A stretch of DNA of 64,000 nt. Source: Gammaproteobacteria bacterium (GTDB lineage Bacteria > Pseudomonadota > Gammaproteobacteria > JACCXJ01). The notes under the pieces are model-generated. The model was not told the DNA's origin. It saw only the letters and a program-made list of their open reading frames with translations, and did not search any database. Both the position numbers and the translations under genes were made by a program. Below, in pieces: positions 27,648 to 39,321 of this stretch; positions within the stretch are counted from its first letter, which is position 1; each line of letters begins with the position of its first letter. The stretch lies in NCBI GenBank assembly GCA_050740695.1, contig JBOIDR010000007.1, positions 5,643 to 69,642 on the forward strand, given 5' to 3'.

Positions 27648-27680
27648 CCACTATATTCATACGCCCACTATATTCATACG
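27648..27680. repeat. 17-bp tandem duplication in the rplA-rplJ spacer
   Basis: ccactatattcatacg occurs at 27648..27663 and again at 27665..27680. On the minus strand this reads cgtatgaaTATAGTGG twice. Confidence 0.8.
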
Positions 27681-27683
27681 TAA

Positions 27684-28391
27684 TTACACTAGGCTCGCCC
27701 GGTCGATCGCGATACCGGGGCCCATGGTGCTCGAGACCGTGATTTTCTTTACGTACACACCCTTCGCCGCGGCGGGTTTGGCCTTGTTCAAGGCGGCGAT
27801 CACCGCGGCCAGGTTGTCTTTCAGGGCCTCGCCCTCGAACGACACCTTCCCGATCGAACAATGGATGATACCCGACTTGTCCGTCTTGAAGCGCACCTGC
27901 CCACCCTTGGCGTTCCTGACGGCCAAGGCGACATCGGGCGCCACGGTCCCGACCTTGGGATTGGGCATGAGACCGCGAGGCCCGAGGATCTTGCCGAGCT
28001 GGCCGACCACCGCCATGCCCTCGGGCGCGGCGATCGCCACATCGAAGTCGATCTGGCCCGACTTGACCTGCTGGGCCAGATCCTGGAGGCCCACGATATC
28101 GGCACCGGCGGCACGTGCCGCTTCCGCCTTGGCGCCCTCGGCAAACACCGCGACCCGCACGCGCTTGCCGGTACCATGCGGCAACACCGTCGCGCCGCGG
28201 ATGGAGTGATCCGACTTGCGGGCGTCGATGCCCAGGTTCACGGCGACATCCACCGACTCGTCGAATTTCGCGGAGGCCAGCTCCTTGACGAGCCGTATGC
28301 CCTCATCGAGGACATAGTGTTTCCCAGGGGCCAGCGCCTTGCGCCAGCGCGCAACCCTTTTCGTCGGCTCGCTCATCGTCGGCTCGCTCAT
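27684..28391 (-). CDS. rplA: 50S ribosomal protein L1
   Basis: 235 aa, …[30 protein letters not shown]…. The start region is duplicated ([10 protein letters not shown]), so the second ATG at 28376 is equally possible. Confidence 0.96.
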   Translation of the reverse strand: MSEPTMSEPTKRVARWRKALAPGKHYVLDEGIRLVKELASAKFDESVDVAVNLGIDARKSDHSIRGATVLPHGTGKRVRVAVFAEGAKAEAARAAGADIVGLQDLAQQVKSGQIDFDVAIAAPEGMAVVGQLGKILGPRGLMPNPKVGTVAPDVALAVRNAKGGQVRFKTDKSGIIHCSIGKVSFEGEALKDNLAAVIAALNKAKPAAAKGVYVKKITVSSTMGPGIAIDRASLV

Positions 28392-28825
28392 GGCGACACC
28401 TCTTCGGTCTCTATGCCCATGCTACGCGCGGTGCCGGCAATGGTGCGCACGGCGGCCTCGATGTCCGCGGCGGTGAGATCGGGCGTCTTGGTCCTGGCGA
28501 TCTCCTCGATCTGGGCACGGGTGACCCTTCCGACCTTGGCGGCGTTCGGCGTGGCACTGCCCTTTTCGATCCCCAGGGCCTTCCGGAGCAGCACCGAGGC
28601 CGGCGGCGTCTTGGTGACGAAGGTGAAGCTACGGTCCGCATAGACCGTGATGACGACCGGCGTCGGCAGACCCGGTTCGAGGTTCTGGGTATAGGCGTTG
28701 AAGGCCTTGCAGAACTCCATGATGTTGACGCCGTGCTGGCCGAGCGCCGGTCCGACCGGCGGGCTCGGATTGGCCTTCCCCGCCGCCACCTGCAACTTGA
28801 CATAAGTTTGTACTTTCTTGGCCAC
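28388..28825 (-). CDS. rplK: 50S ribosomal protein L11
   Basis: 145 aa with a GTG start, [43 protein letters not shown]…. Confidence 0.97.
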   Translation of the reverse strand: MAKKVQTYVKLQVAAGKANPSPPVGPALGQHGVNIMEFCKAFNAYTQNLEPGLPTPVVITVYADRSFTFVTKTPPASVLLRKALGIEKGSATPNAAKVGRVTRAQIEEIARTKTPDLTAADIEAAVRTIAGTARSMGIETEEVSP

Positions 28826-28893
28826 TATACGTACCGATACGTTGTCACTGAACCCACCGTCCGCCCGGGGACGATCCGCAACCGCGACACGGG

Positions 28894-29427
28894 CTATTCC
28901 TTCTCCACCTGGCTGAATTCGAGCTCGACCGGCGTGGAGCGCCCGAAGATCAAGACCGCCACGCGCAGCCGGCTCTTCTCGTAATTGACCTCTTCGAGGA
29001 CACCGCTGAAATCGGTGAACGGCCCCTCTCGGACACGGACCACCTCCCCGACTTCGAATAGGACCTTGGGCCGCGGTTTGTCGGTGCCCTCCTGCATGCG
29101 CTGCAGGATCTTGTCGGCCTCCACATCGGAGATGGCGGCCGGCCGATCGCCGCGCCCGCCGATAAAACCCATGACCTTGGGCACCTCACGCACCAGATGC
29201 CAGGTCTGATCGTCCATCTCCATCTGCACCAGGACATAGCCGGGGAAGAACTTGCGATCGGTCCTGCGCTTTTGACCGTCACGCAGCTCCACGACCTCCT
29301 CGGTCGGCACGAGAATATCGCCAAACCGATCCTGCAGGCCGCTGCGCCGCACCCGATCCTCCAGGGATCGCTTGACCTGGTGCTCCGCGCCGGAAAAGGC
29401 GTGCACCACATACCATTTGAACGCCAA
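28894..29427 (-). CDS. nusG: Transcription termination/antitermination factor NusG
   Basis: 177 aa, [25 protein letters not shown]…; lies between secE and rplK. Confidence 0.96.
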   Translation of the reverse strand: MAFKWYVVHAFSGAEHQVKRSLEDRVRRSGLQDRFGDILVPTEEVVELRDGQKRRTDRKFFPGYVLVQMEMDDQTWHLVREVPKVMGFIGGRGDRPAAISDVEADKILQRMQEGTDKPRPKVLFEVGEVVRVREGPFTDFSGVLEEVNYEKSRLRVAVLIFGRSTPVELEFSQVEKE

Positions 29428-29430
29428 AGC

Positions 29431-29808
29431 TCAAGCCTCCTGGCCGGTCAACCATTGCACGAGCCAGGATAGCCCGGCATCGAGGACCCATAGGAAGCCG
29501 GCGACCGTCACTACCATGAGCACCACGAGCAGGGTAGTCCGCACCGTCTCCTGGCGCGTCGGCCAGACGACCTTGCGGACCTCGACCTGGGCCTCCTTCA
29601 TGAACGCCCAGATGTCGCGCCCCTTCTGGGTACGGAACCCGAGCGCCAAAGCCAGGCCGATCACCGCCAAGAGCCCGACGACCCGGAGTAGCAACGACTG
29701 ATCGCCGAAGTAGTAAAAGGCCCCCAATGCCCCGGCGACCAACAACCCACAGAGCCCGAGCATCACGGCGTCGAGGCTCGAGGTCGACGTTTCGGTTTTG
29801 GGCTTCAT
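29431..29808 (-). CDS. secE: Preprotein translocase subunit SecE
   Basis: …EAQVEVRKVVWPTRQETVRTTLLVVLMVV…. The start is ATG 29808 (125 aa) or 29847 (138 aa). Confidence 0.9.
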   Translation of the reverse strand: MKPKTETSTSSLDAVMLGLCGLLVAGALGAFYYFGDQSLLLRVVGLLAVIGLALALGFRTQKGRDIWAFMKEAQVEVRKVVWPTRQETVRTTLLVVLMVVTVAGFLWVLDAGLSWLVQWLTGQEA

Positions 29809-29857
29809 GAATACACTCGAGAGCGGGCGCGCGGTGCCCTTCCGCACTTTCAGTTTA

Positions 29858-29933
29858 TGGCAGGCCAGGAGGGACTCGAACCCCCAACCTGCGGTTTTGG
29901 AGACCGCCGCTCTGCCAATTGAGCTACTGGCCT
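29858..29933 (-). tRNA. trpT: tRNA-Trp (CCA)
   Basis: 76 nt, AGGCCAGTAGCTCAATTGGCAGAGCGGCGGTCTCCAAAACCGC…CTGGCCTGCCA. The cloverleaf was folded by hand. The anticodon loop is CTCCAAA. Confidence 0.93.
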
Positions 29934-30012
29934 AGTTCTCTTGGATGCACGCCCATGCGTGCGCTCATTCGGGACGGGCCCTTTCCTTCGTGTAGCTATA
30001 CGATCACCTTGG

Positions 30013-31203
<1,191 letters not shown>

Positions 31204-31270
31204 CGCTAGCTCTCCGTTTTTGCCTATCTCGACTCACGGGCCCGCCGTCCGGCGCCTATACTAATGACTA

Positions 31271-31346
<76 letters not shown>

Positions 31347-31353
31347 CTCGAAC

Positions 31354-31427
<74 letters not shown>

Positions 31428-31451
31428 CGTGCAGAGCCCTACCGCCTCGAT

Positions 31452-31536
31452 TGGTGGAGGGGGTAGGATTCGAACCTACGAAGGCTGCGCCGGCAGATTT
31501 ACAGTCTGCTCCCGTTGACCGCTTGGGTACCCCTCC
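31452..31536 (-). tRNA. tyrU: tRNA-Tyr (GTA), long variable arm
   Basis: GGAGGGGTACCCAAGCGGTCAACGGGAGCAGACTGTAAATCTGCCGGCGCAGCCTTCGTAGGTTCGAATCCTACCCCCTCCACCA. Confidence 0.92.
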
Positions 31537-31551
31537 CAAGGAAAGCGAATA

Positions 31552-31580
31552 ATTTTCAACGAATCGTACCGGCCTGTCAA
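31552..31580 (-). promoter_or_regulatory. Putative sigma-70 promoter of the tRNA-Tyr/Gly/Thr-tufB operon
   Basis: The minus strand has a perfect TTGACA (31580..31575), a 17-nt spacer and GAAAAT (31557..31552). This is about 16 nt upstream of the mature tRNA-Tyr 5' end. The -35 overlaps the tsaC stop. Confidence 0.4.
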
Positions 31581-32158
31581 TGCCCTCCGGCGCCCCCAGG
31601 GGCCGAGGCGGGGCGCAGCACCGCCCCGCTCAGTGCGTCGCGGATCTCGCTGACGGAGCGCGCCCCGCCCACCTCGCCGGGCACGATGTAATCGAGCCCG
31701 GTGCGAAAATACCCCCGGACTCGCGCGGCGCTCGCGGCCGGGACACAGGCGCCGGGATTGGCACTTGTCGAGACCAGCGGGCCCACGCGGCGGCACAACT
31801 CCGCGGCCACCGGATGCGCGGTGACGCGCACGGCCAGGTCCCGGCGCCCGCCCGTCAGCCGCCTCGACACGCCGGGGCCGGCCGGCAGAACCCAGGTCAC
31901 CGGGCCCGGCCAGGTCGCGAGCACGCGCCCCCGCACCTCGGCATCGGGGAAGGTCACGAGCTCGGACAGGTCCTCGTGCGCGCCGGCGATCACGATGAAT
32001 CCCTTGCAGAGTGGCCGCCGCTTGAGACGGGCCAGACAGAAGAGCGCCGTCTCGTTCCAGGGATCGCAGCCAATCCCGAAAACCGCCTCGGTCGGATAGG
32101 CGATCACCCCGCCGTTGGCGAGCGCCCGAGCCGCCCGCACCAGGTCCCACCCATGCAC
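31577..32158 (-). CDS. tsaC: L-threonylcarbamoyladenylate synthase (YrdC/TsaC family)
   Basis: 193 aa, …GGVIAYPTEAVFGIGCDP…LVSTSANPG…. Confidence 0.85.
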   Translation of the reverse strand: MHGWDLVRAARALANGGVIAYPTEAVFGIGCDPWNETALFCLARLKRRPLCKGFIVIAGAHEDLSELVTFPDAEVRGRVLATWPGPVTWVLPAGPGVSRRLTGGRRDLAVRVTAHPVAAELCRRVGPLVSTSANPGACVPAASAARVRGYFRTGLDYIVPGEVGGARSVSEIRDALSGAVLRPASAPGGAGGH

Positions 32159-32187
32159 CCGCCTCTCCTCTATTAGATTAGGCTCGT

Positions 32188-32712
32188 TCAGTCCCTTCCA
32201 TCCGGGCCGTGGGGGTAGCGCAGGACGAGCTCGGCGTTCTTGCGCCGGATCGCTTCGGCCATCGCCGCCCGGTCGGCACGCAGGCGCTCCGTCAGCCGTC
32301 CATCTGCCAGCGCCAGGATCTCGGCCGCGAGATACGCGGCGTTCCTGGCGCCGGCTTTCCCGATCGCGACGCAGGCCACCGGCACACCGCCCGGCATCTG
32401 CACGGTCGAGAGCAGGGCATCGAAGCCATTCAGAGGGCCACCCGCCATCGGGACCCCGATCACGGGCTTGACGGTGAGCGCCGCCACCGCGCCCGCGAGG
32501 TGTGCGGCCAGGCCGGCCGCGGCGATGAACACGGCGCAGCCACGGCCATCGGCATCGCGGACATAGGCCTTTGTATCTTCGGGGCTGCGATGGGCCGACA
32601 AGACCCGCGCCTCGGCCCGCACCCCGAGCGCAGAGAGGACCTCGATGGCCGACTCCATGACCGGCAGGTCGGAGTCCGACCCCACCATCACCGCGACGAA
32701 CGTTTCGGGCAC
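32188..32712 (-). CDS. purE: N5-carboxyaminoimidazole ribonucleotide mutase
   Basis: 174 aa, …[12 protein letters not shown]…[10 protein letters not shown]…[13 protein letters not shown]…. No purK gene is adjacent. Confidence 0.92.
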   Translation of the reverse strand: MPETFVAVMVGSDSDLPVMESAIEVLSALGVRAEARVLSAHRSPEDTKAYVRDADGRGCAVFIAAAGLAAHLAGAVAALTVKPVIGVPMAGGPLNGFDALLSTVQMPGGVPVACVAIGKAGARNAAYLAAEILALADGRLTERLRADRAAMAEAIRRKNAELVLRYPHGPDGRD

Positions 32713-32735
32713 CCCAGCATCCTCACCAGTCGGTA

Positions 32736-35057
32736 CTAGCCGGCCATGAGCGCTGTCGGTGGGTCATCCTGATGCCACGGCTCGGAGAAACGGCAGTTCT
32801 TCTGGGCACAAGCGCGTGTCGCGCCCTTGCTCTTGGTGAGCTTGATGACGGAGATGGGCCAACGGCACTGTGGGCAGGGCAGCGCCACGGGCTCGTTCCA
32901 GACGGCATACTGGCACCCCGGATAGCCGGAGCAGGAAAAGAACACCTTACCGCGCCGCGACTTGCGTTTGAGCAGGTGGCCCGCATGGCACTCTGGGCAT
33001 CCCACCCCGGTGTCGACCGGCCGCTCCAGGGGCTCGATGAACCGGCATTTGGGATAGGCGCTGCAGCCGATGAAGGGCCCGTAACGCCCGGCCCGCATGA
33101 GGAGCGGCGAATGGCACTCCGGACAAGTCCGGCCCTCCACGACCTCGGCGGCCGGTGCGGCCTGGGCCTCTGCGTCGACATTGCGCGTGTAATCGCAATC
33201 CGGATATCCGGTGCAGCCGATGAACCGGCCGCGACGCCCGAGGCGGGTCGCGAGCGGCTTTCCACACTTGGGACAGGCCTCTTCCAAGAGTTCCTGGGTG
33301 GCGTCCTTGCGGCTCACGGTCTCGGCCTTGGTATCGATGAGGCGCTTGAAGTCGGTCCAGAACGCCTGCATCACCGGGGTCCACTCCTTTTCGCCGCGCG
33401 AGATGGCATCCAGCTCGTCCTCGAGACGGGCCGTGAAGCCATAATCCACATAATCGGTGAAATGCTCGGTGAGGAAGCGCTTAACCACGCGCCCGACGTC
33501 GGTCGGTTGGAAGCGCTTGCTCTCCAGGGTCACGTACTCGCGTTGCTGCAGGGTCGAGATGATGGCCGCGTAGGTCGAGGGACGGCCGATCCCGTGCTCT
33601 TCCAGGGCCTTGACCAGCGAGGCTTCGGTGTAGCGCGGCGGCGGCTCGGTGAAGTGCTGGTTGGCCTCGATACGGTCCAGGATCACCCGGTCGCCGACCA
33701 TCATTGGCGGTAGCAGGCTGTCGTCCCCCTCCGCGCCCTTGTCGTCCCGGCCTTCCCGGTAGACGGCCATGAAGCCGGGATCGGCGAGCGTAGATCCGGT
33801 GGCCCGAAACAGATTGCCCGGGGCGTTGCCCGGCCCACACGCGAGGTCCACCGCCACCGTAGCGATGGTGGCATCGATCATCTGACAGGCGACGGTGCGC
33901 TTCCAGATGAGGTCGTAGAGCCGCCACTGCTCGACGCTCAATCGAGCCCTCAACTGTTCGGGATGTCGTCCGACCGCGGTCGGTCGGATCGCCTCATGGG
34001 CCTCCTGGGCATTCTTGGCCGTGGTCCGGAAGCGCCGCGGCGCACTCGGGACCTCGCTCGCCCCGTAGCGTATAGCGATGAACGCGCGGATCTCGTTCAC
34101 GGCCTCGGCGGCCAGGTTCACGGAATCGGTGCGCATATAGGTGATGAGACCCACGGCCCCTTCGCCGATGTCGATGCCCTCGTAGAGCTTTTGGGCGACG
34201 CGCATCGTGCGTTGGGCCGTGAATGCGAGCTTGCGCGCGCCCTCCTGTTGCAGGGTCGATGTGATGAAGGGCGGGGCAGGCTGGCGCTTGCGCTTTTTCT
34301 TTTCGACCTCGGTGACCAAAAGCCGACCTTCGGCGACGGACAGCAACCGGTCCCGTACCCGGGCCGCTTCCTCACCGTTCACGATGCTGAACTGCTTCTG
34401 CTTCTCTCCTTCGAATACCGCGAGCTTGGCGAGGAAGGGCTGCTCCACATGGCGGGCATGGGCCTCGATGGTCCAGTACTCGCGCGTCTCGAAGGCCTCG
34501 ATCTCCTCCTCGCGCTCGACGATCATGCGCAGCGCCGGGCTCTGCACCCGGCCCGCGGATAGCCCGCGTCGGATCTTGCGCCACAGGAGCGGCGAGAGGT
34601 TGAAACCCACCAGGTAATCCATGGCCCGCCGCGCCTGCTGGGCATTGACGAGGTCCACGGACAAGGCACGAGGATGGTCCAGGGCCTCGATGATCGCCCG
34701 CCGCGTGATCTCGTGGAACACCACCCGATAGACCGGCTGGTCATCCAGCACCTCGCGCTCGCGCAAGACCTCCGTCACATGCCAGGAGATGGCCTCGCCT
34801 TCACGGTCGAGATCGGTCGCGAGATACAAGGCCTCGGCGGAACGCATGGCGCGGCTGATGGCGTCCACGTGTCTGATGTTCTTGTCGATCAACTCATAGC
34901 GCATGGCGAACCCGTGATCGGTGTCCACCGCCCCCTCCTTGGGCAGGAGATCGCGCACATGCCCGTAGGAGGCGAGCACCTTGTAGCCGGACCCCAGGTA
35001 ACGGCCGATGGTCCTGGCCTTGGCGGGGGATTCGACGATCAACAGATTCTTGGCCAT
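32736..35057 (-). CDS. topA: DNA topoisomerase I
   Basis: 773 aa, MAKNLLIVESPAKARTIGRYLG… plus C-terminal Cys4 zinc-ribbon repeats. Confidence 0.97.
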   Translation of the reverse strand: MAKNLLIVESPAKARTIGRYLGSGYKVLASYGHVRDLLPKEGAVDTDHGFAMRYELIDKNIRHVDAISRAMRSAEALYLATDLDREGEAISWHVTEVLREREVLDDQPVYRVVFHEITRRAIIEALDHPRALSVDLVNAQQARRAMDYLVGFNLSPLLWRKIRRGLSAGRVQSPALRMIVEREEEIEAFETREYWTIEAHARHVEQPFLAKLAVFEGEKQKQFSIVNGEEAARVRDRLLSVAEGRLLVTEVEKKKRKRQPAPPFITSTLQQEGARKLAFTAQRTMRVAQKLYEGIDIGEGAVGLITYMRTDSVNLAAEAVNEIRAFIAIRYGASEVPSAPRRFRTTAKNAQEAHEAIRPTAVGRHPEQLRARLSVEQWRLYDLIWKRTVACQMIDATIATVAVDLACGPGNAPGNLFRATGSTLADPGFMAVYREGRDDKGAEGDDSLLPPMMVGDRVILDRIEANQHFTEPPPRYTEASLVKALEEHGIGRPSTYAAIISTLQQREYVTLESKRFQPTDVGRVVKRFLTEHFTDYVDYGFTARLEDELDAISRGEKEWTPVMQAFWTDFKRLIDTKAETVSRKDATQELLEEACPKCGKPLATRLGRRGRFIGCTGYPDCDYTRNVDAEAQAAPAAEVVEGRTCPECHSPLLMRAGRYGPFIGCSAYPKCRFIEPLERPVDTGVGCPECHAGHLLKRKSRRGKVFFSCSGYPGCQYAVWNEPVALPCPQCRWPISVIKLTKSKGATRACAQKNCRFSEPWHQDDPPTALMAG

Positions 35058-35174
35058 GTAAGACGGGACGATACCGTGGAAGGAAGGGGCGGCGTCTGAT
35101 GGTTTCTACTCGGCCCTATGATGGGCCAAAGAGGCGGACGACGAATATCTGCCGTGGCGTCCTCACGGCGCGGC

Positions 35175-36320
35175 TCAGGCCTGCGCCATTCGGACATAGT
35201 TCCCGCCCGCCTCGGCCCGAACATAGCCGCGCAGCTCCAGGATCAAAAGCATGGAGGAAACCACAGGGGCCGTCAATCCGCTCCGCGCGACCAGGAGGTC
35301 GATCGGAGCCGGATCGTGCCCGAGGCAATCGATCAGGCGCCGATAGTCCTCATCCAGCCAATCGGGCTCGAAGCCCATGGCCACCTGCTGCGATGGAGGG
35401 CCTCCGGCCCGCTCGGCCGCCATGACCGGCTGCGGCACGGAGCGGTGCATGGGGATCAATTCCTCGAGGATGTCCTCGAGCGTCTCGACGAGCTTGGCGC
35501 CATCCCGGATCAGGGCGTGGCAACCCCGCGCTAGCGGGCTCTTGATCGACCCCGGGACCGCCAGGACCGCACGTCCCTGTTCCATGGCATGGCGGGCCGT
35601 GATGAGCGACCCGCTCCGGTGCGCGGCCTCGATCACCAGCGTCCCGAGCGACAGTCCGCTGATGATGCGGTTGCGCCTCGGGAAGTTCTGGGCGATGGGC
35701 GGCGTCCCGAGCGGGAGCTCCGTGATCAGGGCCCCGAGAGCGGCGATCTCCTGCGCCAGCTCGCGATGGCGTAGCGGATAGACGCAGTCGAGCCCGCTGC
35801 CGGCCACCGCCACGGTCGGACCGGGGCCGGACAGCGCCCCACGGTGGGCCGCGGCGTCGATCCCGAGCGCCAGCCCACTCGTGATGCAGAGCCCGGACTG
35901 CACCAAGGCACGGCTGAACTCGTAGGCGAGCTCCATCCCCGCCTGGCTGGCATTGCGGCTTCCCACGATCGCCAGCTGGGGATTCGACAGGACGCGGCGA
36001 TCGCCGTGGACGAAGACGAGCGGCGGCGGATCCGGGATCTCGCGCAGGAGCGGGGGATAATCGGGGTCCGGGAGCAGGAGGACATGGTGAGCGGGCTCAT
36101 CGGTCCAGCGCCGGGCAGCGTCGACGACCGCCCAGTCCGGGGCACGCAGATAGGCGATGGCCTTGCCGTCGAGCCCCGCTGCGGCGAGCTCATCCGGCGC
36201 CGCGTCCAGCACCGCCTCTGCACTCCCGAAGCGGCCGTACAAGGATCTGAAGGTACGTGCCGCCACGCCCGGCGCCCGATGCAGCGCCAGCCAGCAGGAT
36301 CGCTCGTCACGGCCCTTCAT
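35175..36320 (-). CDS. dprA: DNA-processing protein DprA (Smf)
   Basis: …LAIVGSRNASQAGMELA…GLALGIDAAAHRGAL…; 381 aa from MKGRDERS…. It shows the conserved dprA / def-fmt divergent synteny. Confidence 0.9.
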   Translation of the reverse strand: MKGRDERSCWLALHRAPGVAARTFRSLYGRFGSAEAVLDAAPDELAAAGLDGKAIAYLRAPDWAVVDAARRWTDEPAHHVLLLPDPDYPPLLREIPDPPPLVFVHGDRRVLSNPQLAIVGSRNASQAGMELAYEFSRALVQSGLCITSGLALGIDAAAHRGALSGPGPTVAVAGSGLDCVYPLRHRELAQEIAALGALITELPLGTPPIAQNFPRRNRIISGLSLGTLVIEAAHRSGSLITARHAMEQGRAVLAVPGSIKSPLARGCHALIRDGAKLVETLEDILEELIPMHRSVPQPVMAAERAGGPPSQQVAMGFEPDWLDEDYRRLIDCLGHDPAPIDLLVARSGLTAPVVSSMLLILELRGYVRAEAGGNYVRMAQA

Positions 36321-36444
36321 GGTGGGCCGCCTGAAAACTCGGCACTTGGCTTCAAGAATGGCGCCCACAAGTGGGAAGAGCGCCCACAAGGGGCGCCCCT
36401 ACGCGACGTCATGGGGCGGGCCGCCTTGAACCCTGGGCACCGCC

Positions 36445-37560
36445 TCAGGGGTTGGTCACGCCGTCATAGAGATGCACCGGATGCGTCGCCGCCATGACCA
36501 GGGCGTAGCTCACCCTCGGGAAGGTCCGGAACACCATGAGATCGGCGATGCGTTCGGAGGGTAGCTCCACGAGATCACCCCGGCTGCTCGACACCTTGGC
36601 GCTCAGCGGATCACGGACCAGGAGCCCGCTCTGCAAGACGGATAGGACGTGTCCAGGCTCGAGGCCCGCACGCTCGCCACGGTTCAGAACCACCACCTGA
36701 TTCGGACCGACCTGCGAGATCGCGTCCATGACCGAGATGACGCTGCCGGCCACCGGTCTCGGCGGGGCGTGGGGCACGAACTCCGGGTACACCGCCCCGG
36801 TCAAGGGCAACAGCCGGTCGCCGGACAGGACCTCGCGGTTCGATCGGGTGATGACGGCGGTGGCCGGGTCGCCGGCGCGTTCCAAAACGGCGTCGGCGAC
36901 GTGCAAGGCCTCATAGCCCAAGGCGCCCCCCTCGGCACCGACGCAGTTTTCGGTATACCTCAGCGAAACGGGTTCCAGGGTCGCGTAACGGGTGTTCTCG
37001 TCGCGCTGCGCGGGCGGATCGCGGTACACCTCGCCACACCGTACCACCGTGTACTGGGCACCGGGCTCGGCCGGGGGCAGCCCGCGGATGTAGACGCGGT
37101 TCGCCTGCGCCGGGGTCAGGTGCTCGTCCTGGCTCGAGACCACATAGGGCGCGCCCGCCAGGTCCTCCGGACCCACGACACGCGGCTGGATCAGGAACGG
37201 CCAGATGGCGTCCAGGGGGATGGGGGGCACCACCCGATCGTGCTCGGACGCGCGGACGGACGGCGACAGCTTGACACGCCGGGAGTGGCGGGAGTAAAGC
37301 CTCGGACGCCCTCCCTCCATGCCGACCCACAGTACATCGCCGACAGAGATCCTATGCGGGTTCTTGACCTGCGGGTTCTGCTGCCACACCTCGGGCCACA
37401 GCCACGGCCGGTGCAGGAAGGTCGAAGCGATGTCCCACAGGGTATCACCCTGTTTGATGACGTAACGCGTCGGGTGACCTGGCTTCAGATCGGCGACCTC
37501 GGCCGCGGCACCGTGCACGAACACCGTAGCCAACAAGACTTGAAGTAGTTTTCTCAACAT
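36445..37560 (-). CDS. LysM peptidoglycan-binding protein (TsaP-like by domain and synteny)
   Basis: A signal peptide is followed by a LysM motif, YVIKQGDTLWDIASTFL…PW.WPEVW. It lies between dprA and def, as the LysM gene does in Pseudomonas-type genomes. Confidence 0.75.
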   Translation of the reverse strand: MLRKLLQVLLATVFVHGAAAEVADLKPGHPTRYVIKQGDTLWDIASTFLHRPWLWPEVWQQNPQVKNPHRISVGDVLWVGMEGGRPRLYSRHSRRVKLSPSVRASEHDRVVPPIPLDAIWPFLIQPRVVGPEDLAGAPYVVSSQDEHLTPAQANRVYIRGLPPAEPGAQYTVVRCGEVYRDPPAQRDENTRYATLEPVSLRYTENCVGAEGGALGYEALHVADAVLERAGDPATAVITRSNREVLSGDRLLPLTGAVYPEFVPHAPPRPVAGSVISVMDAISQVGPNQVVVLNRGERAGLEPGHVLSVLQSGLLVRDPLSAKVSSSRGDLVELPSERIADLMVFRTFPRVSYALVMAATHPVHLYDGVTNP

Positions 37561-37737
37561 GGCCGTCTATTCGAGCTCTCTCAGGCGATCTGTCTCAGGC
37601 CGAGTAAAGCACGTAGCTAATGGTCGGACCTACTTGAAGCTTAGTCGGGACCCGGGAGAAAATACACCGGAGGCGATCGCCGGCCCGCCATCCGCATGTG
37701 CTATTCTGGTGGTGCTCGCCCCGCCTCCCGTTTGACG

Positions 37738-38241
37738 ATGGCCATTCTGCAGGTCCTTTACCATCCCGATCCGCGGCTCCGGATCAAAGCCGCCCCCGTC
37801 GCGATAGTCGACGACGAGGTCCGGCGTCTGGCCGCGGACATGCTGGAGACCATGTATGCCGCGCCCGGCATCGGGCTGGCCGCTACCCAGGTCAATGTCC
37901 ACCGCCGTCTCCTGGTGGTCGATGTCTCGGAGACCCACGACCAACCACTGTGCCTCATCAACCCAACTCTGCTCCAGAAGGAGGGGGTCGAACGCATGGA
38001 AGAAGGCTGCCTGTCGGTCCCAGGGGTCTTCGAGGAGGTGGAGCGGGCCGAACGCATCCGCGTCCGCTTCCAGGACCTCGAAGGCCATACCGTGGAGCAA
38101 GATGCCGACGCCCTGCTCGCCGTGTGCGTCCAGCACGAGATGGACCATCTAGAGGGCAAGCTGTTTCTGGACTACCTCTCGCCCTTGAAGCGCGGCCGCA
38201 TCACCAAAAAGCTGACGAAGGCCCAGAAACAGGCCCTGTGA
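37738..38241 (+). CDS. def: Peptide deformylase
   Basis: 167 aa from [14 protein letters not shown]…GIGLAATQV…EGCLSVPG…QHEMDHL…. Confidence 0.96.
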   Translation: MAILQVLYHPDPRLRIKAAPVAIVDDEVRRLAADMLETMYAAPGIGLAATQVNVHRRLLVVDVSETHDQPLCLINPTLLQKEGVERMEEGCLSVPGVFEEVERAERIRVRFQDLEGHTVEQDADALLAVCVQHEMDHLEGKLFLDYLSPLKRGRITKKLTKAQKQAL

Positions 38242-38305
38242 AGTGGCCGGCAGATCGGTGCCGTCGCCCGGTAGGTCCCGGTAACTCCGGGTAAATAAAG
38301 CAATA

Positions 38306-39235
38306 TTGGCGCGCATCGTCTTCGCCGGCACGCCGGCCTTCGCGGCGACCGTCCTCGGCGGCCTCATCGAGGACCGTGACGCGGCGATCGTGGCGGTCTA
38401 CACCCGCCCGGACCGCCCGGCTGGCCGCGGTCTTAAGCTCGCCGAGAGCCCCGTCAAGATTCTGGCGGAGGCCGCGGGGCTCATGGTGCGCGACCCCCCG
38501 TCACTCAAGACCCTCTCCGAACAAGACGCTCTCGCGAGGCTCGCCCCCGATCTGATGATCGTGGTGGGCTACGGCCAGATCCTGCCGCAAGCGGTCCTCG
38601 ACATCCCGGTGCTGGGCTGTATCAACGTCCATGCCTCGCTTCTCCCCCGCTGGCGAGGTGCCGCGCCCATCGCTGCCGCCATCCTCGCGGGTGACCCGGA
38701 AACCGGGGTCACCCTCATGCGCATGAGGGTGGGTCTGGACACCGGACCCATCCTCTACCAGATACGCTGCCCCATCACGGACGGCGACACGGCCGGCGAT
38801 CTCCATGAGCGGCTGGCGGACCTCGGGAAGCAGGCGCTTGCCGAGGCCCTCCCGGCGGTGCTCGCGGGCCACATCGACGAACGGCCCCAGGAGCAACCCC
38901 TGGCGACCTATGCCCCGAAGATCGAACGCGCGCAAGCGCGCCTGGACTGGCGCCGGCCGGCCGTGGAGCTGGCACGCCGCGTACGCGCCTTCAATCCCCG
39001 TCCCGTGGCCTTCGGCGAGGTGGTCGGGATCGAGCTCCGGGTCTTCGAGGCCATAGCCGTGCACACCCCGACGGAGCGCCCCCCCGGTTCGGTCCGGGCC
39101 TCCGGCGATGGACTGGATGTAGCCACCTCCGTGGGTCTCTTGCGGCTCCTGCGCGTCCAGGCGCCCGGCCGCCGCCCCTTGAGCGCCGCCGAGTTCCTGC
39201 GCGGCCACCCCGAGATCGCCCGTGCTTATAATTAG
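38306..39235 (+). CDS. fmt: Methionyl-tRNA formyltransferase
   Basis: 309 aa with a TTG start, MARIVFAGTPAFAA…NVHASLLPRWRGAAPI…. Confidence 0.96.
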   Translation: MARIVFAGTPAFAATVLGGLIEDRDAAIVAVYTRPDRPAGRGLKLAESPVKILAEAAGLMVRDPPSLKTLSEQDALARLAPDLMIVVGYGQILPQAVLDIPVLGCINVHASLLPRWRGAAPIAAAILAGDPETGVTLMRMRVGLDTGPILYQIRCPITDGDTAGDLHERLADLGKQALAEALPAVLAGHIDERPQEQPLATYAPKIERAQARLDWRRPAVELARRVRAFNPRPVAFGEVVGIELRVFEAIAVHTPTERPPGSVRASGDGLDVATSVGLLRLLRVQAPGRRPLSAAEFLRGHPEIARAYN

Positions 39236-39321
39236 CCGATATGTCTCACCGGCACCCCACTGCGGCCGCCGATCCGCTCGGTCCGGTGCCTCGGCACCCT
39301 CGCGACGGCCGGTGATGAGAG

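Noticed and set aside
27648-28391. Tandem repeats checked as a possible CRISPR array or VNTR
   Set aside because: There are only two units each (17 bp and 15 bp) and no spacer structure. I saw no CRISPR-like array anywhere in the window.
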